DNA from: Rhodobacterales bacterium
GTDB taxonomy: Bacteria > Pseudomonadota > Alphaproteobacteria > Rhodobacterales > CAZPXZ01
DNA: 64,000 bases
Direction: 5' to 3'
NCBI GenBank assembly: GCA_965217995.1
Contig: CBDCKB010000002.1
Location: 40,385-104,384, forward strand
The translations under genes were made by a program, and so were the position numbers. Below the pieces are notes generated by a model. That model saw nothing but the letters and a program-made list of their open reading frames with translations. It was not told the origin of the DNA and did no database searches. Positions 53,801-61,986 of this stretch are shown one piece after another; position 1 is the stretch's first letter, and the number at the start of each line of letters is the position of its first letter.

Positions 53801-54550
53801 TTCTAGTGTCTGAGGGTGCCTACTTGTATCTGTGGGTGCCTACTTGTGCCTGACGGTTCATACTGGCGTCTGAGGGTGCCTACTGGTGCCTGTGAGTGCG
53901 TACTTGTGTCTGAGAATGCCTCATTGTGTCTGAGTGTACCTACTGGTATCTGAGAGGGCCTATGGGTGCCTACTAGTATCTGAACGTACCACAGGTGTCT
54001 GTGAGTACCTGCTGTTTTCTGTGGATGCCTACTGGTCTCTGAGGATGCCTACAGGTACATTACGGTGCCTACTGCGGTCTGAGGAGATCTACGGGTATCT
54101 GTGAGAACCTACAGGTATCTAAGAGGACCTATTCGTTTCTGAGGATTCCTACTGGTACCTGAGGGTGCCTACTGGTGCCTTCTCGTATCTAAGGGTGTGT
54201 CTATGGGTGCCAACTGATGCCTGAGAGTGCCAACTGGTATCTGAGAGTGCCTAATGGTATCTAACTGTGCCTACAGGTCTCTGAGAGTGCCTATTGGTAT
54301 CTGAGGGTGCCTACTGGCTTCTGAGGACACCTACTGGTGCCTTAGGGTGCCTACTGTTGTCTCAGAGTGTGTACTGGTCTCTGAGTGTGGCTACTGGTGT
54401 GTGAGGGTGCCCACTGGTATCTGAGGATGCTTACCGGTGGCCTTCTGGTTTCTGAGGGAGCCTACTGGTGTCTGTGGATCCCTACTGGTACCTTAGGGTG
54501 CCTACTGGTGTCTGAGGATGCCTACTGGTGCCTTCTTGTGTCTGAGGGTG
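50815..54550 (+). repeat. Satellite B, forward arm: 20-bp monomer TGGTGTCTGAGGGTGCCTAC
   Basis: Perfect units occur e.g. at 51751-51800. The unit is two related 10-mers (GGTGTCTGAG / GGTGCCTACT). Local HORs of about 261 bp (52213 vs 52474) and 280-370 bp (markers at 53247, 53527, 53897) are present. Confidence 0.95.
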
Positions 54551-56230
54551 GCACCAGTAGGCAACCTCAGACAACAGTAGGCACCCTCTGAAAGCAGTAG
54601 GCACCATCAGACACCAGAAGTCACCAGTATGCACCCTTAGAGAACAGTAGGCACCCTCAGGGACCAGTAGGCACCCACAGATATCTGTAGACACTGTCAG
54701 ACAATAGAAGGCACCAGTAAGCATCCTCAGGCAACAGTAGGCATTCTCAGACACCAGTAGGCACCGTCAGACACCAATAGACATTCTCAGACAACAGTAG
54801 GTACCCTCAGATACTAGTAGGTACCCACAGGCCCCACTAGGCAACCACAGACACCAGTAGGTACCCTCAGATACCAATAGGTACAAGTAGGGGAACTCAG
54901 ACACCAGTACGCACCCACAGATACCGGTAGGCACTCACAGGCAACAGTACGCCCTCTCAGATACCAGTAGGCACTCTCAGACACCCAAACGAACTCTCAG
55001 ACAGCAGTAAGCGCCCACAGGCACCGGTGGGCACCCTCAGATACCAGTAGGTAACTACAGACATCAGTAGGCATCCTCAGATACCACTAGGTACCCTCAG
55101 ATACCAGTAGGCACCTGTAGGCACGTTCAGACACCCATAGGCACCCACAGACACCAGTAGGTACCCTCAGATACTAGTAAGTTCACTAAGACACCAGAAG
55201 GCACCAGTATGCACGCTCAGACAACGGTAGGCACCCTCAGGCACCAGTAGGTACCCACAGACACCAGTAGGCATACTCAGATACCAGTAGGTACCCTCAG
55301 ACACTAGGAGGTACCAGTATATACCATCCAACAACAGGAGGCACCCTCAGATACCGGTAGGCACGCACACATACCTGTAGGCATCCTCAGACACCAGAAG
55401 GCACCAGTAGGCACCCTCAGGCAACCGTAGGCATCCTCAGACACCAGTAGGTACCCTCAGACACCAGTAGGTACCCTAAGAGACATGTAGGCCATCTAAG
55501 ACACCATTAGGTACCCTCAGACACTAGTAGGCATTCTCAGACACCAATATGCACCCACAGATACCAGTAGGCAGTCACAGACACCAGTAGTCATCCTCAG
55601 ACACCAGTAGGCACCAGTAGGTGTGCTCAGATACCAGTACGCACCCACAGACACCAGTAGTCATCCACAGGAACCAGTACGCACTCTCAGATACCAGTAG
55701 GCACCCACAGATACCAGTAGGCACACTCAGACACCAGTAGGCACACTCAGACACCAGGAGGTACCAGTATACACCCATAGACACCAGTAGGCACACTCAG
55801 ACACCGGTAGGCACCCAAAGATACCAGCAATTACCTACAGACACCAGTAGGCACCCTCAGATACCAGTAGGCACCCTCAGATACCAGTAGGCACCCACAG
55901 ACTCCAGCATGTCTCCTCAGACACCAGTAGGTATTCTCAGATACCAATAGGCATCAATAGACCCCTCAGACACCAGTAGGCTCCCTTAGACACCAGCACG
56001 CACCCTCAGATACAGTTAAGCAACCACAGTAACCACCAGGCACCCACACATATCAGTAGCCAACCACAGACACCAGTAGGCAAACTCAGTCACCAGAAGG
56101 CAGCCTCAGACACAAGTAGGCACCCTCAGACACCAGTAGACTCCCTCAGACACCAGTAGGTTACCAGAGACACCAGTAGGTACCCACAGATACCAGTAGG
56201 AACCCTCAGACACCAGTAGGCATCCACAGA

Positions 56231-57070
56231 CACCAGTACGCACCCTCAGACTCCAGCAGACACCCTGAGACACCAGTAGGTACACTCAGACACCCATAGG
56301 TTCCCTCACACACTAGTAGGCACGATCAGATATCAGTTGACACACTCAGACACCGGTAGGTACCCACAGATACCAGCAGGTACCCACAGACACCAGTAGC
56401 CAACCAGACATAACAGAAGGCAACCTCAGGCTCCAGTAGGCACCCTGAGAAACCAGTAGGCACCCTCAGACGCCAGTAGGCAATCTCAGTCACCAGTAGG
56501 CACACTCAGACACCTGAAGGCACCCTCAGACACCAGTAGCCACTCACCGACACTCATAGGTTCCTTCAGAGACCAGTAGACACCCTTAGACAGCAGTAGC
56601 CACCAACCGACACCCATAAGTACCATCAGACACCAGCAGGAATCCACAGATACCAGTACGCACACTCAGACTCCAGTAGACACCCTCAGACGCCAGTAGG
56701 TACTCTCAGATACCTATGGGTACCCTCACACACTAGTAGGTACGCTCAGATACCAGTTGGCACCCTCATACACCGGTAGATTCCCACAGACACTGGCAGG
56801 CACCCTCAGACATCAGTAGCCATCCAGAGATACCAGAAGGCAACCTCAGGTTCCAGTAGGCACCCTGAGAAACCAATAGTCACCCTCAGAAGCCAGTAGG
56901 CAGTCTCAGTCACCAGTAGGCACACACAGGCACCTGAAGGCACCCTCAGACACCAGTAGCCATCCACCTACACCCATAGGTACCCGCAGAGAACAGTAGG
57001 CACCTTTAGACACCAGTAGCCATCCACCGACACCCATAGGTACCCTCAGACTCCAGCAGGAATTCACAGA
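56231..57070 (-). repeat. Satellite B local 420-bp HOR (21 units), 2 tandem copies; diverged third copy near 57761
   Basis: caccagtacgcaccctcagactccagcaga at 56231 matches taccagtacgcacactcagactccagtaga at 56651. The ends align too (56591 vs 57011). Confidence 0.85.
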
Positions 57071-58040
57071 CACCAGTAGGCACCCTGAGATACCAGTAGG
57101 TACCGTCAGGCACCAGTAGGTACGCACAGACACCTGTACGCTCCCTCAGACACCAATAGGCACCCTCAGATACCAGTAGATATAGACACACACAAGTACG
57201 GACCCTCAGACACCAGTAGGTATCCTCAGACACCAGTAGGCACCCACAAAAACTTGTAGGCACCCTTAGACACCAGTAGCCATCCACCGACAACCATAGG
57301 TACCCTCAGACACCAGTAGGTACCCTTAGACACCAGTAGCCACCCACCGACACCCGTAGGTATCCTCAGATACCAGTAGATTCCCACAGACTCCAGTACG
57401 CACACTCAGATACCAGTAGGCATCATCAGATACCAGTAGATACCAGAAGGCAACCTCAGACACCAGTAGGCACCCTGAGACACCAGTATGCTCCTTCAGA
57501 GGCCATTAGACACTCTCAGTCACAAGTAGGTACCCACAGACATTAGTAGGTGCCCTCAGACACCAGTAAGCACCCACAGACACCAGTAGGCAACCTCAGG
57601 TACCAGTAGGCACCCTCAAACACCAGTAGGCATCCACAGTTACCAGTACGCACCCTCAGAGACCAATAAGTACCATTAGACACCAGTAGGCACCCTTAGA
57701 TACCCATAGGAACCCTCATACACCAGTAAGTATACTCTGACACCAGTAGGCATCCACAGACACCAGTACGCACCCTCAGACTCTAGTACATACCCTCAGA
57801 CATCAGTAGGTACACTCAGACACCAATAGGCCCCCTCACACACCAGTAGGTACCCTCAGACACCAGTTGGCACTCTCAGATACCGGTAGGCACTCACAGA
57901 CACTAGCAGGCACCCACAGACACCAGTAGCCATCCACAGATACCAGAAGACAACCTCAGGCACCGGTAGGCACACTGAGATACCAGAAGTCACCCTGAGA
58001 TCCCAGTAGTCACCCTCAGTCACCAGCGGGCACACTCAGA

Positions 58041-59100
58041 CACCTGAAGGCACCCTAAGACACCAAAAAGTACACTCAGGCACTAGTAGGCACCAACAGA
58101 CATAAGTAGACACCCTCAGATACCAGTGGGCCCCCTTAGATACCAGTAGGAACCCTCAAACACCCTTAGGAACCTACAAGCACCAGTTGGTACCTTTAGA
58201 CACCAGTACGCACCCTTAGATACCTCCAGACACCATTAGGAACACTCAGACACCAGTACGCACTAGTAGGCACACTCCTGCACCAGTAGTCACCCTCAGA
58301 CAAACATAGGCACCCTATCACACCAGTAGGCACCCTCAGACACCATTTAGCACCCTCAGATACCAGTAGTCATCCACAGACACCAGTGGGCAACCTCAGT
58401 CACCAGTAGGCACCAACAGACACCAGTAGGCATACTAAGATACCAGTAGGCATCCACAGATACCAGCAGGCACCCACAGACACCAGTAGCCACCCACAGA
58501 CACCAGTAGGCAACCTCAGTCACCAGTAGGCACCAACAGACACCAGTAGGCACACTAAGATACCAGTAGGCATCCACAGAGACCAGTAGGCGCCTACAGA
58601 CACCAGTAGTCACCCTCAGACACCTGAAGGCACACTAAGACACCAAAAGGCACACTCAGGCAACAGTACGCACCAACAGATATAAATAGGCACCTTCAGA
58701 CACCAGTAGGCCCCCTTAGATACCAGTAGGAACCCTCAAACACTCTTACGAACACTCAGACACCAGTAGGAACTAGTAGGCACCCTCCTGCACCAGTAGT
58801 CACCCTCAGACACACATAGGCACCCTTACTCACCAGTAGGCACCCTCAGACACCATTTAGTACCCTCAGACACCAGTAGGAACCCACAGAAACCAGCAGG
58901 CACCCACAGACACCAGTAGACATCCACAGACACCAGTAGGCAACCTCAGTTACCAGTAGGCAACCTCAGTCACCAGTAGGCACCATCAGACACCAGTAGG
59001 CACCCTAAGATACCAGTAGGCACCCACAGAAACCAGTAAGCTCCTACAGACACCAGCAGGATTCCACAGTCACCAGTGGGCACCCTGAGATACCAGTAGG
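58041..59100 (-). repeat. Satellite B local 0.51-0.58 kb HOR, 2 copies, containing a 120-bp (6-unit) internal duplication at 58381-58620
   Basis: cacctgaagg caccctaaga caccaaaaag at 58041 matches 58621 (offset 580). After a 60-70-bp indel the offset becomes 510 (58271 vs 58781). 58381-58500 vs 58501-58620 are near identical. Confidence 0.8.
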
Positions 59101-59322
59101 TACCGTCAGACACCAGTAGGCAGGCACAGACACCTGTACGCTCCCTCAGACACTAATAGGCACCCTCAGATACCAGTAGGCATCCTCAGACACCAGTAGG
59201 CACTCAGACACCAGTAGGTACCCTCAGACACCAGTAGGCACCCTCAGGCTCCAGTAGGCCCCCACAGATACTAGTACTCACCGTAGGACAACACTAGGCG
59301 CCAGTAGGCACCCTCAGACACA

Positions 59323-61745
59323 AACGCAGACAAAAGCTAAAGGAGTGCTTATAGAGCTACTAAAAGCGAACAAACATGTACAATCAGCGAAAGGGTGTCC
59401 AATAAGCTGGAAAACGCAGACAAACACTTAAGCAGTACTTATTGTGCAATGAATAGTACAACAATGTTCTCAACCAGACAAAGTCGGGCAAAAATCAAGC
59501 AAAAATACAGACAAACGCTAAAAGAGTGTTTACTGAGCAACCAAGAGCACAAAAAACATGCACACCAGCTAAGGGTTGGTCAACAAACAGTTGCTTAGTG
59601 AGCAACCTTAAATCACCAAAACATTCCCAACTAACAAAACTGTGGTCAACAAACAAGCAAAGACGAAGAGAAATGCTAAAGGAGTGCTTATTGAGCAACT
59701 AAAAGCGCAAAAACATTCGCAACCAGATAAAGGGTGTACAACAAACTTGCAAAAACGTACAGAAACGCTAAAGGAGTGCTTACAAACCACCTGCATAAGG
59801 ATGGTCAACAAACAAGTAAAAGTCGGAGAAATGCTAACGGATAGCTCATTGAACAACCTATTGCGAAGAAACATGCTCAACCTGTCAAAGGATGGCCAAT
59901 AAACAAGTAAAGGCAAGAGAAACGCTAAAGGTTTGCTTAGTGAGCCATAACGCAGAGAAATGCGAAAGGAGTGATTATTGAGCAACAATATGCACACAAA
60001 TGTGCTCAACCAGCCAAAGGCAGATTAATGAACTAGCAAAAATATAGACGAACGCTAAAGGAGCTGTTATTGAGCAGCCAAAAGTACAAAAACATTCACA
60101 CCTGCTAAAGGATGGTCAACAAGAAAGCAAAAGTGTAGAGAAACGCTAAAGGAATGCTTACTGAGCAAAAACGCAGGGAAACGGTGAAAGGAGTGGTTAT
60201 TGAGCAACCATGGGCACAAAAGTGTGCTCAACCAGCCAAAGGCAGGTCAATAAACAAGCATAAATGTAAACAAATGTAAATGACGACTTATTGAGGAACC
60301 AAGAGTAGAAAATGCCCTGCACCAGCTAAAGGATTGCCAATAAAAAGCAAAAATGCACAGAAATGCTACAGGAGTGCTTGTAAACAAACAACCAGCATGA
60401 GGATGGCCAATAAACAAACAAAAACGCAGTAAAACGCTAAAGGAGTGGTTATTGAGCAAACAATAGCACAAAAACATGCTCTCCTGCTAAGGGATGGTCA
60501 ACAAACAGGCAAAAATACGGAGAAATACTAAAGGGGTGCTTATTGTGCGAAAAAACATCTACAACCAGCCAAAGTCAGCCAAAGCACTAAAAAATACAAA
60601 ACAAGCAAAACGACGGCCAATAAACAAGCAAAAACGCTGACAAAACCTAAATGAGTGCTTATAGAGCTACCAAATGCGAACAAACATGTACAAACAGCGA
60701 AAGAGTATCCAATAAGCTGGAAATCGCAGACAAACACTAAAGCGGTACTTATTGTGCAATGAATAATACAACAATGTTCTCAACCAGACAAAGGGTGTAC
60801 AACAAACTTGCAAAAACGTACAGAAACGCTAAAGGAATGCTTACACAACCAGCTTAAGGATGGTCAACAAATAAGCAAAAGTCGGAGAAACGCTAACGGA
60901 TAGCTCATTGAACAACAAAATGCGAAGAAACATGCTCAACCTGGCAAAGGATGGCCAATAAGCAAGCAAAAGCGAGAGAAAGGCTAAATGTTTGCTTATC
61001 GAGCAAAAATGTAGAGAAACGCGAAAGGAGTGATTATTGAGCAACAGTATGGGCAAAAATGTTCTCAACCAGCCAAAGGCAGGTCGATAAACAAGCAAAA
61101 ATATAGACGAACTATAAAGGAGCGCTTATTGAGCAGCCAAACGTACAAAAACATTCACACCAGCTAAAGGATGGTCAACAAGAAAGCAAAAGTGCAGAGA
61201 AACGCTAAAGGATTGCTTACTGAGCAAAAACGTAGGAAATGCTAAAAGGAGTGGTTATTGAGCAACCATAGGCACAAAAATGTGTTCAACCAGCCAAAGG
61301 CAGGTCGATAAACAAGCAAAAATAAAGACGAACGCTAAAGGAGCGCTTATTGAGCAGCCAAACGTACAAAAACATGCACACCAGCTAAACTATGGTCAAC
61401 AAGAAAGCAAAAGTGCAGAGAAACGCTAAATGATTGCTTACTGAGCAAAAATGCAGGGAAATGCTAAAAGGAGTGGTTATTGAGCAACCATAGGCACAAA
61501 AATGTGTTCAACCAGCCAAAGGCAGGTCAATCAAGAAGCATAAATGTATACAAATGCAAATGAGGACTTATTGAGGAACCAAGAGCAGAAAATGCGCTGC
61601 ACCAGCTAAAGGATTGCCAATAAAAAGCAAAAATGCACGGAAATGCTACAGGAGTGCTTGTAAACAACCAGCAAGAGGATGGCCAATAAACAAACAAAAA
61701 CGCAGTGAAACGCCAAAGGATTGCTTATTGTGTTGCTAAAAGTGC
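59323..61745 (+). repeat. Satellite C: A-rich ~90-bp monomer, two HOR copies of about 1.1-1.3 kb
   Basis: The approximate unit is GCAAAAACGCAGAGAAACGCTAAAGGAGTGCTTATTGAGCAACCAAAAGCACAAAAACATGCTCAACCAGCTAAAGGATGGTCAACAAACAA. The gctaaagga-type motif is spaced about 90 bp, with some 37-66 bp short units. HOR evidence: 59341 matches 60651 (offset 1310), 59722 matches 60793 (offset 1071) and 60241 matches 61521 (offset 1280). Confidence 0.9.
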
Positions 61746-61915
61746 AAGTGCTCTAGGAGCGTTCGTTTAGCGTTTGTGTTGGTTTTTGCTAGTATAATGG
61801 CCATCCTTCAGCTGGTTGAGCTCATTTTCGCACTTGGTTGCTCAATAAGCCCTCTTTTTCATTTGTCTTTAATTTTCTTTTACATTGACCTGCCTTGGGA
61901 TGGTTACATTCTTGA
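61746..61915 (-). repeat. Inverted segment (about 1.8 units) of satellite C immediately upstream of J2
   Basis: ttggttgctcaataagc is the reverse complement of gcttattgagcaaccaa. ccatccttcagctggttgagc is the reverse complement of gctcaaccagctgaaggatgg. attgacctgcctt is the reverse complement of aaggcaggtcaat. Confidence 0.85.
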
Positions 61916-61986
61916 GTTGTTACTTCATGTAAGAGTCACGAAATATGCTGAGTCGGCTAAGACAAGCAACTATTTGGCCAAATGGT
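61916..61986 (+). other. Junction element J, copy 2
   Basis: The sequence is gttgttacttcatgtaagagtcacgaaatatgctgagtcggctaagacaagcaactatttggccaaatggt. It is 63/71 identical to J1, in the same orientation, and is again followed directly by forward satellite B. Confidence 0.85.

Larger units (their letters stand above)
50754..59322. mobile_element. Hypothetical foldback-type (FB-like) element: terminal J plus two inverted arms of 20-bp tandem repeats with no central spacer; right terminus missing
   Basis: The architecture only is observed: J at the outer end, B(+) 3.7 kb abutting B(-) 4.8 kb at 54550/54551, and complementary satellite-C flanks next to J1 and J2. No reverse-complement J lies at 59322, there is no transposase ORF, and the arms are not mirror-identical. 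Confidence 0.25.
54551..59322 (-). repeat. Satellite B, inverted arm (reverse complement: CACCAGTAGGCACCCTCAGA)
   Basis: Polarity switches between 54550 and 54551 (tctgagggtg | gcaccagtagg). Clean reverse-complement units occur e.g. at 55841-55900. The arm ends at ...caccctcagaca (59322). Confidence 0.95.

Noticed and set aside
1-59322. Common origin of satellites A and B, since both have ~10-bp sub-repeats
   Set aside because: GTAACCTGCT-type and GGTGCCTACT/GGTGTCTGAG-type 10-mers show no convincing alignment in either orientation. The shared period alone is not evidence of homology.
59240-59330. Expected reverse-complement copy of J at the outer end of the inverted B arm, which would complete a foldback element
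   Set aside because: I compared the sequence with accattaggccaattagttgcatatctaagctgactaagcatatttcgtgactcttacacgaagtaacaac and found no match. B(-) runs straight into satellite C, so the foldback model is kept only as a low-confidence hypothesis.
59395-61098. Short ORFs in satellite C (e.g. 59608..60009, 133 codons; 59642..59902; 60841..61098)
   Set aside because: They lie entirely within ~90-bp tandem repeats, overlap each other on opposite strands and give low-complexity translations that repeat with the HOR.
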